Source: Polyangiaceae bacterium
Lineage (GTDB): Bacteria; Myxococcota_A; Polyangia; Polyangiales; Polyangiaceae
DNA length: 64,000 nucleotides
Reading direction: 5' to 3'
Assembly: GCA_035063585.1 (NCBI GenBank)
Contig: JAPSGB010000004.1
Span: 64,001 to 128,000 of the forward strand
Shown: piece by piece, positions 53,904 to 63,550 of the stretch
How positions within the stretch are numbered: position 1 is the stretch's first letter
How the letters are laid out: each line of letters starts with the position of its first letter
Translations under genes and position numbers: made by a program
The notes under the pieces: generated by a model
The model's input: the letters and a program-made list of their open reading frames with translations, nothing else
The model's database searches: none
Told to the model about the DNA's origin: nothing

Positions 53904-55064
53904 CTAGTTCAGCATGACGGGCTCTTGGCTGAACATCTGCCGCTCGACCTCGCGCTCTTCGTCACCAGCCGTGGTGTCGGCCTCCATGAAGTTGCGGTGC
54001 TGATGCCCGGGGCGCGTGAGACGGCAGTACGCGTTGAAGATGCTATTGAAGAGCGCTGCCTGCCGCGCCGACGCCTCCTCGGGCAAGAGGCCGGCGCGCT
54101 GGGACAGCGCGTTCACCTTACGCATGATCGAGCCGGCGAAATCGAAGGCGTCGATCCCGAGCTCGGAGAGCTCCGGCTCGAGCAGCATCACGAGCGGGAG
54201 CGCGGGGAGCGTCATCGCGAGCCGCCGGCGACGCGCGCGCCCGCTCCGCTTCTGCCGGTCGCTCAGCGGGAACTCCTTGAAGTAGTTGGCCGGGAGCGCG
54301 GTGTGGCGTGACTCGTCGAGGTGGAAGAGCCGGAGGATCTCGAGGCCCGGCATCGACGAGAGCAGCCCGAAGATGCTGAGCGCGATGGTCTCGACCAGCA
54401 CGTTCATGCCGAAGAACTTGTCGAGCCCCTTGGCCTTGAGCGCCCCCTCGAGGAGGAGATACTCCCAGGCCGTCTGCCGCGGGATCTCGACCCCGAACGC
54501 CTGCACGAGCTCGCGCATCACCACGAAGTGCTTGGCCTCCTCGAGCACCTGCATGGTGAGCGCCGCGCGTGCGCCCGTGCTCTTCACCTCGGTGAGCAGG
54601 CTCGCCGAGGTGAGCCAGGCGTAGGCCTCGCCGTGGCCGATCGCAGAGAGGATCGCCACGATCGCCTTCTTCTGACTCGTGGTGTAGTGGCGATCGAGCG
54701 TCGCGCGGAACTCGTCGCTCGTGATGCGCGCGCGCGCGGCGCGCTCCTCGTGCGTCATGCTGCGATCGGCCTGCTCGTAGAGCGCCCGCTCTTCGTCAGA
54801 GCAATCGCGGAAGCTCGACCAGGGCGCCACCGCCTCGGCCTTCCAGAGCAGCCGCAGGCTCTTGTCGTAGTGCTTGGCGCGGAGCTCGTCTCGCGCGCCG
54901 CCGATGAACTCGTAGCGCTCGTCATCGTAGGCGGCGGCACGGCCGCCGATGCCGAGGCGCTCCGCCCAGCGATCACGCGCGCGGATGGCGTGGTTGGCAA
55001 GCCTCTCGACGCTGCGGTTGATCGCGGCAGCGCGCTCGTTGTACGGCAAGGGCGACGGATTCAT
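53904..55064 (-). CDS. Ferritin-like diiron protein
   Basis: AAGGAGG RBS; GHGEAYA...EEAKH...VETIA...DESRH give paired E..ExxH motifs. Confidence 0.75.
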   Translation of the reverse strand: MNPSPLPYNERAAAINRSVERLANHAIRARDRWAERLGIGGRAAAYDDERYEFIGGARDELRAKHYDKSLRLLWKAEAVAPWSSFRDCSDEERALYEQADRSMTHEERAARARITSDEFRATLDRHYTTSQKKAIVAILSAIGHGEAYAWLTSASLLTEVKSTGARAALTMQVLEEAKHFVVMRELVQAFGVEIPRQTAWEYLLLEGALKAKGLDKFFGMNVLVETIALSIFGLLSSMPGLEILRLFHLDESRHTALPANYFKEFPLSDRQKRSGRARRRRLAMTLPALPLVMLLEPELSELGIDAFDFAGSIMRKVNALSQRAGLLPEEASARQAALFNSIFNAYCRLTRPGHQHRNFMEADTTAGDEEREVERQMFSQEPVMLN

Positions 55065-55434
55065 CGGAGCCTCCTTCTTGCGAGAGTGAGCTACCGAGGA
55101 CAGTAGCACGCAACCATGCCCGATCGATCCCGTGAGCGGGGCCCATCGAGCGACCGGCGGACGCCGCTCGCTCACACCACGCGCGCGCTCACCGCTTCAG
55201 CGATGCGTCACTCCGGGCCACACTGGCCTCGTCTGACAAGAGGCGGCGTGGGGAGCGCTCATCGCGTGAAGTTCAGGCTCGTGGGAGGCGCCTCGTCGAG
55301 GAGCGTCGCGCCCGCCGTTCCGAGCCGATCCCCGCGAACCGACAGACCCGGACGCCGGCACCAAGGACGGCGAGCTGCGCGGTGGCCTCGCGCGCGCGTG
55401 GCTCTCCCACACGCGCGCACCCGGCGCTCGACGC

Positions 55435-56007
55435 TCAGTGCTGCATCGGCTTCCAGTCGGGGTGGTCGAAGAACTTCGCGTAGGCCTCGAGCGCGTTCAT
55501 GACCTTCACTGCGCCGCCCATGCGCGCATCGCCCTTCTTCATCTCTGCAGCTCCGGCGGACACCTGCGCGAGGACGAGGTGAAGCTGCTCATCGGCCGCC
55601 TTCGGCAGCTTGCACTTCGCGACGATCTCGCCGACCTCTGCCTCGACCGCGCCCGCGAGCTTCTCGTAGCCAGCGGGCCCGAGGCTGTCGTCGTGAATCG
55701 GCTTCATGTCGGCCTGGATGGCGTCTCGGATCTTGGTCATGCCGCTCCGGAGCGTCTCGTCCGTCTGCCACTTCTTGCCGTTGTCGAGGGTGAGCCCCGC
55801 GACGGCGTTACCCGGATCGACCTCGCCGTGACCGTGCTCGTGTCCGGCGGTCTCCTTCGCGGGCGCGGCGGCGGCGTGCTCGTGCGCCGCGGCGCCCTCC
55901 GCCTTCGCGGGCGCGGCACCGCCGTGTTCGTTCGCGGGCGAGCCGCTCTCCTTGCAGCCGACGAGCGCGAGACCAAGACCGAGAGCGAACGCATACTTGG
56001 AGAACAT
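55435..56007 (-). CDS. DnrO-like His-rich lipoprotein
   Basis: Lipobox LVGC; HEH repeats; L.LDNGKKW.TD..LR.GM, CKLP..AD..LH, Y..FFDHP.W. Confidence 0.7.
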   Translation of the reverse strand: MFSKYAFALGLGLALVGCKESGSPANEHGGAAPAKAEGAAAHEHAAAAPAKETAGHEHGHGEVDPGNAVAGLTLDNGKKWQTDETLRSGMTKIRDAIQADMKPIHDDSLGPAGYEKLAGAVEAEVGEIVAKCKLPKAADEQLHLVLAQVSAGAAEMKKGDARMGGAVKVMNALEAYAKFFDHPDWKPMQH

Positions 56008-56115
56008 GTCGCTAGGACTCCTTTCAGGGGTCGAGAAGCGGTCGCAGAGCCGCGAAGGGTGCGGAGCGACCGGGCGGAGTATGGCCCAAGAGCGCTCGCG
56101 GGGCTCGATCGAGGG

Positions 56116-56134
56116 ACTTGATGACCGATCAAGT
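56116..56134. promoter_or_regulatory. Palindromic operator candidate
   Basis: ACTTGAT-GACCG-ATCAAGT between the divergent dnrO-like and hemerythrin genes. Confidence 0.55.
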
Positions 56135-56183
56135 AAGGGGATTCTGCTGGAGAATCTCGCGTGCTGCCCTATAAAGAAGGACG

Positions 56184-56693
56184 ATGTCGAGTAAGCTCAG
56201 CGTTCAAGGCTCCGGCAGCCAAGACCCGCTCTACGACGCGCTCACGCGCGAGCATCGCGCCATCGATGAAGGGCTCCAAGCGACCCTCGGCTCGATCGAA
56301 CAGGGCGCCCCCGACTACGAGCCGCTCAGGCGCGCGCTCGAGGTGCTCAGGCGTCACCTCTACATCGAGGAGGCGATGCTCTTCCCGCCGCTGCAGACGG
56401 GCGGGATGGCGGCAGCGATCCTGGTCATGCTGCGCGAGCACGGCCGGTTCTGGAACCTCATGAACGAGCTCGACGCAGAGACGACCGCGAAGCAGGCCGC
56501 CGAGGTCGGCAAGAACGCCAAGTTTCTCTTGGAGCTCCTCGAGCGGCACAACACCAAGGAAGAGCCCGTCCTCTACGAGCAACTCGCCGAGCAGCTCCCG
56601 GCCGCGGTGAGGGAGGAGATCATGGCTTTTCTTCCGGAGGGCGTGACGCCCGACGGCTGGAGTTGCGAGCGCGCTGGCGCCGAGTCTCGGTGA
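56184..56693 (+). CDS. Hemerythrin (HHE) domain protein
   Basis: EH, HLYIEEAMLFP, REH, HNTKEEPVLY. Confidence 0.85.
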   Translation: MSSKLSVQGSGSQDPLYDALTREHRAIDEGLQATLGSIEQGAPDYEPLRRALEVLRRHLYIEEAMLFPPLQTGGMAAAILVMLREHGRFWNLMNELDAETTAKQAAEVGKNAKFLLELLERHNTKEEPVLYEQLAEQLPAAVREEIMAFLPEGVTPDGWSCERAGAESR

Positions 56694-56746
56694 GGCGCGG
56701 CTGGCGGCCCGCTCACGCCCGGAGCCGCTCGAGACGAGCCTGCAGC

Positions 56747-57079
56747 TCAGTGCGCGGCGGCCTTCGAGAACACGTTGATGATGATTACGCCCGCCGTGAT
56801 GAGCGCGAGGCCGGCGAGTAGCGGCCCGTCGAAGCGCTCGCCGAACACGAGCCAGCCGACCAGCGAGATGAACGCGATACCGACGCCGGACCAGATCGCG
56901 TAGGCCGCGCCCACGTGTATGGTGCGGAGCGCGAGGGACAAGAAATAGAACGCGACCAGGTAGAACGCGACCGAGCCCACTACCGGCCAGAGCCGCGTGA
57001 ATCCGTGCGACGCCTTCAAGAGCGAGGTCGCCACGACCTCGGCGACGATGGCGACCACCAAGAACGCGAAGTTCGACAT
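56747..57079 (-). CDS. SMR-family multidrug efflux protein (EmrE/QacE-like)
   Basis: 110 aa, 4 TM; AIVAEVVATSLLKAS.GFT, AYAIWSGVG. Confidence 0.92.
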   Translation of the reverse strand: MSNFAFLVVAIVAEVVATSLLKASHGFTRLWPVVGSVAFYLVAFYFLSLALRTIHVGAAYAIWSGVGIAFISLVGWLVFGERFDGPLLAGLALITAGVIIINVFSKAAAH

Positions 57080-57147
57080 GCTCGAGGCTCCCGACTTGCT
57101 CCTTATACGTCAGGCTCGCGCTCGGGCGAGCTCTCGAGCGCGAGTCC

Positions 57148-57948
57148 TCAGAGATCCAGCGCCTGCGCCGTGGCGCGCGCGTCCGTCGCGTCCGCCAGGC
57201 CGAGCGGGCGCCGCGCCGGGCCGGCACCCCCCATCCCGGAGCGGGCGCGCTGCCGCTCGAGCCACCAGCGACGCGCGACGACACCCGCGACGGTCGCGAA
57301 GTGCCACGGGCGGATCCCGCTCCGCTCGTCCGCGTAGACCGGGCGCACCGGGACATCGACGGCGCGCAGGCCGCGCGCGGCGAGCATGCCGAGGAGATCG
57401 TTCGGATAGCCGAAGCGCGGCCAGAGCTCCTCGAGCGGTACCGCGCGGAGCGCCTCGGCGTGCGCGACGGTGAAGCCGCATTGCGAGTCATCGATGGTGA
57501 GCCCGGTCGCCACGCGCGTCAGCGCCGAGAGCAGCATGCCGCCGGCGCGACGCTCGAGCGGCATCACGCGGCGGTCGGGATGGAGGAAGCGGTTGCCCTT
57601 CGCGTAGTCAGCGCGTCCGCTCGCGACGGGCTCGAGCAGGGCAGCGAGGTCGTCCGGGTGCATCTGATCGTCGCCGGCCATCACTGCGATGAGCTCGGCG
57701 CGCGCCTCGAGCGCCGAGCGGTAACCGGTGACGATGGCGGCGCCGACGCCGTGGTTCTGCTCGTGGCGGAGCACCCGGACGCGCGTGTCTCGGCAGCTCC
57801 GCGCGACGGCGAGGGTCCCGTCGGGGCTCGCGTCATCGACCACCACTACGTGATCCACGAAGTCCGGCAGCCGCCCGAGCGTGCGCCCGAGCAGGCGCTC
57901 CTCGCGATACGCCGGCACCACCACCGCGACGGAGAGTCCTCGCCACAT
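57148..57948 (-). CDS. Glycosyltransferase family 2
   Basis: GGAGGAG RBS; VVVPAY.EE, VVDDASPDGT, GVGAAI..GY, MAGDDQM, DSQCGF. Confidence 0.9.
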   Translation of the reverse strand: MWRGLSVAVVVPAYREERLLGRTLGRLPDFVDHVVVVDDASPDGTLAVARSCRDTRVRVLRHEQNHGVGAAIVTGYRSALEARAELIAVMAGDDQMHPDDLAALLEPVASGRADYAKGNRFLHPDRRVMPLERRAGGMLLSALTRVATGLTIDDSQCGFTVAHAEALRAVPLEELWPRFGYPNDLLGMLAARGLRAVDVPVRPVYADERSGIRPWHFATVAGVVARRWWLERQRARSGMGGAGPARRPLGLADATDARATAQALDL

Positions 57949-58038
57949 GCTCCTCCTCCGCTAGTCGGCGAGCCCGCGTGACGCAAGCGTTCTTCGGCGC
58001 GCCGCCGCGCGGACCGCGGCCGTGCTAAGCCGTCCGAC

Positions 58039-58632
58039 GTGACCCGGCGCCGCATCGTCTTCGCGCTCGCCGGCGTGATGCTCGCGATGGTTGGCCTCTT
58101 CGCCTGGCGGTGGGCGACCTACCCGAGCGACCGCACGCCGGAGGGCGCCTACCTCCGGGTGATGACCGCGGTGAACCAGGGCAAGCCCGAGGCGTGCTTT
58201 GCCTACCTCGAGACGGAGGCGCAGCACGCGTCCTACACGCTGCGCGACTATCGAAGGAAATCCCGCGCGCGAGTGCTCGCCTCCTACCCCGAGCCCGAGC
58301 GCTCGCGACTCGCCGAGACGTACCGCGCCGAGGCCGAGGCCGCCGACGGCTCGGACCTGTTCGCCATCGAGGCGCGGCGACGCGGCTGGCTCGCGCGCTT
58401 GCGCCGCGATCTCTCGGGAATTGCCAAGGTGGAGATCCACGGCGAGCGCGCCACCGTCGAGACGGTGCGCGGCACGCGCTACCCGTTTCGACGCCGCGAC
58501 AACGGCATCTGGGGGCTCACCTCGTTCACGGCCGCGCTGGTCGCTGACGCCGAGAAGGCGGCCCGCGACGACGCCCTGATCCAGAGAGCCGCCGACGACT
58601 ACGATCGCGTGAAGTCCTCGAAGGCCCAGTGA
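58039..58632 (+). CDS. Membrane-anchored hypothetical protein
   Basis: N-terminal TM; TPEGAY...; typical codon bias. Confidence 0.6.
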   Translation: MTRRRIVFALAGVMLAMVGLFAWRWATYPSDRTPEGAYLRVMTAVNQGKPEACFAYLETEAQHASYTLRDYRRKSRARVLASYPEPERSRLAETYRAEAEAADGSDLFAIEARRRGWLARLRRDLSGIAKVEIHGERATVETVRGTRYPFRRRDNGIWGLTSFTAALVADAEKAARDDALIQRAADDYDRVKSSKAQ

Positions 58633-58638
58633 GCGCGC

Positions 58639-59073
58639 TCAGCGGCGCGTGCGCGCGCGCACCTCGGCGTACGACGACCCGGGCGGCGCGCCGGTCTCGA
58701 CCGGCAGACCACGACGGACCCACCCGGGGGTGAGCCGACCAAAGGCGTCGCGCGCTCCGTCCCATCCGGCGCTCATCTCCGAGAGCTCCGTGAAGCCGGC
58801 GCGCTCGAGCTGGCGCGCCGCCTGGAGCGAGCGGTTACCGGAGTGGCATCCGAGCACCAGCGGCGCCGAGCGCGCGAAGACGCGTTGCATGACCAAGGTG
58901 AACTCGGCGTTCGGGGTCACGCTGCCGTCGGCGCCGTAGTGGAGGAGCGGCACGTTGAGCGCACCGGGCGGGTGACCTTCCTCGAACTCGCGCTCGCTCC
59001 GCACGTCGATGTAGAGGGCGCCCGCCGCGACCGCCGCCTGGGCGTCCTCGGGCGATACCGACTTGATGGCCAA
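58639..59073 (-). CDS. Rhodanese-like domain protein
   Basis: TTG start after AAGGAG; IDVRSEREFEEGHPPGALNVP, CHSGNRS. Confidence 0.88.
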   Translation of the reverse strand: MAIKSVSPEDAQAAVAAGALYIDVRSEREFEEGHPPGALNVPLLHYGADGSVTPNAEFTLVMQRVFARSAPLVLGCHSGNRSLQAARQLERAGFTELSEMSAGWDGARDAFGRLTPGWVRRGLPVETGAPPGSSYAEVRARTRR

Positions 59074-59195
59074 CGTGCACTCCTTTGTCGCGGCCGCGCC
59101 GACCGGGGCGCAACCACCGCACGCCGCAGGCATAAGTCAGGGCGGCGCGAGCGCCAAGCCCCCGTGGCGCGCCCGCTTGGGCTAAGGTTCGGAGC

Positions 59196-60854
59196 GTGAG
59201 CGCCTCGTTCGGAACCGATCGAGTCCGTGTCGTCCCGCTCGGCGGCCTCGGCGAAATTGGCATGAACTGCCTCGCCCTCGAGCAAGAGGACGGCATCCTG
59301 ATCATCGACTGCGGGATGAGCTTCCCGGAGAACGACCTCGGCGTCGACGTCATCCATCCGGACTTCACCTGGCTCTTCGAGCAGGCAGAGCGCGTTGTCG
59401 GAGTGTTCTTGACGCACGGTCACGAAGATCACATCGGAGGGCTGCCGTACCTGCTCGCCGAGCTCGACGTCCCCGTGTGGGGTCCTCCGCACGCGCTCGG
59501 CCTGGTGGCGAAGCGGCTCGCCGAGCACGGCTTCGAGCCGGGCGAGATCCCGCTCCTGCCGGCCGCGCCAGGGCAAAGCTATGAGGTCGGGCCATTCTCG
59601 GTGGAGCCGGTGCGCGTCGCGCACTCCATCGTCGAGGCGAGCGCGCTCGCGGTTCGCACGCGCGCCGGCCTCGTCGTGCACACGGGGGACTTCAACTTCG
59701 ACCCGGATCCGCCCGACGGCGAGCCCACCGACGAGGCGCGCCTCGCGGCGCTCGGTGACGAGGGCGTCAGCCTCCTCTTGAGCGACAGCACCAACATCGA
59801 CGTGCCGGAGCGCGCGGGCTCGGAGCGCGAGGTGGGCGCGGCGCTCGAGCGGCTGATCGGGCGCGCCGAGACGCGGGTGGTGGTGGCCATGTTCGCGAGC
59901 AACGTGCAGCGGCTGATGCTGCTCGGAAGGATTGCAGAGCGCACCGGTCGAAAGATTTGCCTCCTCGGCCGCAGCCTGAACACCCACGTGGAGGTCGCCG
60001 AGGCGATCGGGCGGCTCGCATGGCCGAGCCACCTCCGCATCCCGGCCGAGGACGCCCAGGCCTTTCCGCGCGAGCGCCTGCTCGTGCTGGCCGGCGGCTC
60101 GCAGGCCGAGGCAAGCTCGGCGATGGCGCGGGTGGCGGCCGGCACGCACCCGCTGCTCGCGCTCGACGCGGGCGATCACGTGGTGCTCTCCGCGCGCATC
60201 ATCCCCGGTAACGACCGCCCGGTGTTCGCCATGATGGGAGCCCTGCTACGGCGCGGCGTCCACCTGCACACGCGAGCGAACGAGCCCGGCGTCCACACCA
60301 GCGGCCACGCCGGACGGAGCGAACAGCAGAAGATGCTCGCGCTGGTTCGCCCTGCGACGTTCGTGCCGGTTCACGGCACGCTGCACCACCTCGTTCGCCA
60401 CGCCGAGCTCGCGCGCGCCCGCGGCGTGACTCGGGTCCACGTCATCGAGAACGGGACGCCGGTAGTGCTCTGCCGAGACGAGCTCACGCTCGACGGCGAG
60501 GTGCCGCACGGCCGCGTCGCCGTCGCACGGGGCGGCATGCCGCTCGACGACGACATCCTGCATCGACGCGCCGAGCTGGCGCGCTCCGGCGTGGTGAGCG
60601 TCGCGCTCGCGCTCGACGGGCGGGATCGCCTGCTCGGCGCGCCGAGCGTGGTCGCGCGCGGCGTCCCCGGCGCGGATGACGACGACGAGGTGCTCGGGCT
60701 CATCGCGCGCGCCGTCGAGCGCGCGCTCGAGCGCGTCCGCAACTGGCGGCGGGTGAACCTCGCCGAGGAGCTCCGGCGTGCGGCGCGCCGCGCGCTCCAC
60801 GAGGAGTGCGGCATTCGCCCGGTGGTCGAGGTGCACCTCTTGAGGAGCTCATGA
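59196..60854 (+). CDS. rnj: Ribonuclease J
   Basis: PLGGLGEIGMN, THGHEDHIGG, HTGDF, DSTN, FASNVQR, IPGN, HTSGH, PVHG. Confidence 0.95.
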   Translation: MSASFGTDRVRVVPLGGLGEIGMNCLALEQEDGILIIDCGMSFPENDLGVDVIHPDFTWLFEQAERVVGVFLTHGHEDHIGGLPYLLAELDVPVWGPPHALGLVAKRLAEHGFEPGEIPLLPAAPGQSYEVGPFSVEPVRVAHSIVEASALAVRTRAGLVVHTGDFNFDPDPPDGEPTDEARLAALGDEGVSLLLSDSTNIDVPERAGSEREVGAALERLIGRAETRVVVAMFASNVQRLMLLGRIAERTGRKICLLGRSLNTHVEVAEAIGRLAWPSHLRIPAEDAQAFPRERLLVLAGGSQAEASSAMARVAAGTHPLLALDAGDHVVLSARIIPGNDRPVFAMMGALLRRGVHLHTRANEPGVHTSGHAGRSEQQKMLALVRPATFVPVHGTLHHLVRHAELARARGVTRVHVIENGTPVVLCRDELTLDGEVPHGRVAVARGGMPLDDDILHRRAELARSGVVSVALALDGRDRLLGAPSVVARGVPGADDDDEVLGLIARAVERALERVRNWRRVNLAEELRRAARRALHEECGIRPVVEVHLLRSS

Positions 60855-61870
60855 CCCGCGCGCGCTCACGAGTCGCGCTGTTCGGCGCGGTCCTCGCCTC
60901 GTCCGCGCTCGCGGCGCCGGCCTGCGATCGCGCACGAGAGCCCGAGTCACGCCCGGCGCCGGCCGCGCCGAACCGACCTCCCGGCGCCCCATCCTCGGCG
61001 CCGGTCGCGCCCGCCGCGAGCGCGGCCGCTCGCGCGCCCGCGACCGCGCGGCTCGTCGCCATCGGGGATCTGCACGGAGACCTCGCGCAGACGCGCGCCG
61101 CGCTCCGGCTCGCCGGCGCGATCGACGAAGAAGACGACTGGATCGGGAAATCACTGATCGTCGTGCAGACCGGCGATGAGCTCGATCGCGGCGACGACGA
61201 GGAGGGCATCGTTGCGCTGTTCGAGAGCCTCGCGAAGAAGGCAGAGCGCGCCGGCGGCCGGGTGGTGGTGCTCGACGGAAACCACGACGTGATGAACGTG
61301 CAAGGTGATTTCCGCTACGTGACCCGTGGTGGGTTCATCGCCTTCGAGCGCTTCGCGCCCGAGCCCGGCGCGGCGCCCGAGCTCGAGCGATTTCCCGTTC
61401 ATGCGCGCGGGCGCGCTGCGGCGATGCGCCCGGGCGGCGCCTTCGCGCTGCGCCTCGCCGAGCGAAACGTGATCGAGGTAGTGGGAGACACCGTGTTCGT
61501 GCACGGCGGCGTGCTCCTCCGGCACCTCGACTACGGGGTCGAGCGCATCAACCGTGAGACGCGCGCGTGGATGCGCGGCGAAGGGCCGCTCCCTGCGGTG
61601 ATGAACGGCGAGGACGCCCCCACCTGGGCGCGCGACTACTCGCAGGGCGAGCCGAGCGCCGAGGCGTGCGACGAGCTCGGCCGGGTGCTCGCGCGCCTCG
61701 GCGCGAAGCGCATGGTGGTCGGGCACACGGTGCAAGAGGCGGGCATCACTTCCGCCTGCGACGAGCGCGTCTGGCGCATCGACGTCGGGCTCTCACGCTA
61801 TTATGGCGGAAAGACAGCGGTGCTCGAGATCGACGGCGACCGGGTGCGCCCGCTCACGACCGCGAAGTAG
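60851..61870 (+). CDS. Shewanella-like metallophosphoesterase, probable lipoprotein
   Basis: ATGA overlap; lipobox APAC; GDLHGD, GDELDRG, GNHD, HGG, GHT, IDVGLS. Confidence 0.85.
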   Translation: MTRARSRVALFGAVLASSALAAPACDRAREPESRPAPAAPNRPPGAPSSAPVAPAASAAARAPATARLVAIGDLHGDLAQTRAALRLAGAIDEEDDWIGKSLIVVQTGDELDRGDDEEGIVALFESLAKKAERAGGRVVVLDGNHDVMNVQGDFRYVTRGGFIAFERFAPEPGAAPELERFPVHARGRAAAMRPGGAFALRLAERNVIEVVGDTVFVHGGVLLRHLDYGVERINRETRAWMRGEGPLPAVMNGEDAPTWARDYSQGEPSAEACDELGRVLARLGAKRMVVGHTVQEAGITSACDERVWRIDVGLSRYYGGKTAVLEIDGDRVRPLTTAK

Positions 61871-61902
61871 GCCACCGGGAAACGATACGGGAGACGAACC
61901 TG

Positions 61903-63489
61903 ATGTATGATTTTGCCATCATCGGCTCGGGGTTCGGCGGCAGCGTCTCGGCGCTCCGCCTGGTCGAGAAGGGCTACCGCGTGCTCCTCGTCGAGAAGGG
62001 GCGGCGCTTCCTCGCGGAGGATTTCCCGAAGACGAACTGGGAGCTCCGCCGCTGGCTCTGGCAGCCCGAGCTCGGTATGCGCGGCATCTTCAAGATGTCG
62101 TTCTTCCCGCACGTCACCGTGCTCCACGGCGTCGGTTACGGCGGCGGCTCGCTCGTCTACGCGAACACGCTCCCGGTGCCGAAGTCCGATTTCTTCCAGG
62201 CGCCCTCGTGGGGGCACCTCGCCGATTGGGAAGCAGAGCTGAAGCCGCACTACGCGACCGCCAAGCGGATGCTCGGCGCGACCCAGAACCCGCACCTCAC
62301 CAAGATCGACGACGTGATGCGCGAGGTCGCTACGGACCTTGGGCGCGCCGAGCATTTTCACCCGACCGACGTCGCGGTCTACTTCGGTGAAGCGGGGAAG
62401 ACCGTGCAGGATCCGTATTTCGACGGCAAGGGGCCGGCGCGCACCGGGTGTGTCCTCTGCGGCGCGTGCATGACCGGGTGTCGCTACGGCGCCAAGAACA
62501 CCCTCGATCTCAACTACCTCTACCTCGCCGAGCAGCGCGGGCTCGAGGTGCACACCGAGACCGAGGTGGTGCACGTCGCGCCCGGCCCGAGCCGGGCGGC
62601 GGGAGAGCGCGGCTACCGCATCGAGGGGCTCGTCGGGCTCGGGCCGGGCCGGCGAGAGACGGTTCGCTTCGAGGCCAAGAACGTCGTGTTCTCGGGCGGC
62701 GTGATGGGCACGGTCGAGCTCCTCTTGAAGCTGAAGAGCGACCCGAGCGGGCTACCGCTCTTGTCCGAGCGGCTGGGCGACCAGGTGCGTACCAACTCCG
62801 AGTCGCTCATCGCGGTCGTCACCGACCGGAAGGACGAGGACTACAGCAAGGGCATCGCCATCAGCTCCATCATCCACACCGACGATCACTCGCACATCGA
62901 GCCCGTCCGCTATGGCGAAGGGTCGGATTTCTTCCGCACCCTCATCAGCCCGCACGTGAGCGGCGCGTCCTTCGGGGAGCGGCTGAAGAACGTGCTCGGC
63001 GTGTTCGCGCGGAGCCCGCTCGCCTTCCTTCGCGCCGCTACCGTGCCGAACCTCGCCAAGCAGAGCGTCATCCTCTTGTACATGCGCACCCTCGAGGGCT
63101 ACCTGCGGCTGAAGCGCGGGCGCGGCCTCACCACGGGCTTTCGCACCGGCATGACCACCGAGCTCGGCGAGGGCAGCGCGCCGACCGCGTCGATCCCGGA
63201 GGCAACCGAGCTCGCCTGGCGAGTGGCGAAGAAAATCGACGGTTTCCCGACCACGCTGGTCACCGAGACGCTGCTCGGCATCCCCACCACCGCGCACATT
63301 CTCGGCGGTTGCTGCATGGGGGAGTCGGCTGACGCTGGCGTCATCGATCGCGATCACCGCGTGTTCGGCTACCCGGGCCTCTACGTGATCGACGGCTCGT
63401 CGATTTCGGCGAATCCTGGCGTGAACCCCTCGCTCACCATCACGGCGCTCGCCGAGCGCGCGATGAGCAAGATCCCCGTCAAGAAATAG
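61903..63489 (+). CDS. Cholesterol oxidase (ChoD)-like GMC oxidoreductase
   Basis: IGSGFGGSVSALRLVEKGY, GGGSLVYAN, CVLCGACMTGCRYGAKNTLD.NYL, TAHILGG, NPGVNPSLTI. Confidence 0.85.
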   Translation: MYDFAIIGSGFGGSVSALRLVEKGYRVLLVEKGRRFLAEDFPKTNWELRRWLWQPELGMRGIFKMSFFPHVTVLHGVGYGGGSLVYANTLPVPKSDFFQAPSWGHLADWEAELKPHYATAKRMLGATQNPHLTKIDDVMREVATDLGRAEHFHPTDVAVYFGEAGKTVQDPYFDGKGPARTGCVLCGACMTGCRYGAKNTLDLNYLYLAEQRGLEVHTETEVVHVAPGPSRAAGERGYRIEGLVGLGPGRRETVRFEAKNVVFSGGVMGTVELLLKLKSDPSGLPLLSERLGDQVRTNSESLIAVVTDRKDEDYSKGIAISSIIHTDDHSHIEPVRYGEGSDFFRTLISPHVSGASFGERLKNVLGVFARSPLAFLRAATVPNLAKQSVILLYMRTLEGYLRLKRGRGLTTGFRTGMTTELGEGSAPTASIPEATELAWRVAKKIDGFPTTLVTETLLGIPTTAHILGGCCMGESADAGVIDRDHRVFGYPGLYVIDGSSISANPGVNPSLTITALAERAMSKIPVKK

Positions 63490-63550
63490 TATACGAGATA
63501 CTTTACTTATTATTTGCAGGCGCGGCGCGGGACCGCGCGGGCCGAGCGCG

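Noticed and set aside
53748..57948. Genomic island integrated at tRNA-Cys
   Set aside because: No integrase, no duplicated tRNA 3' end seen, and no clear compositional shift
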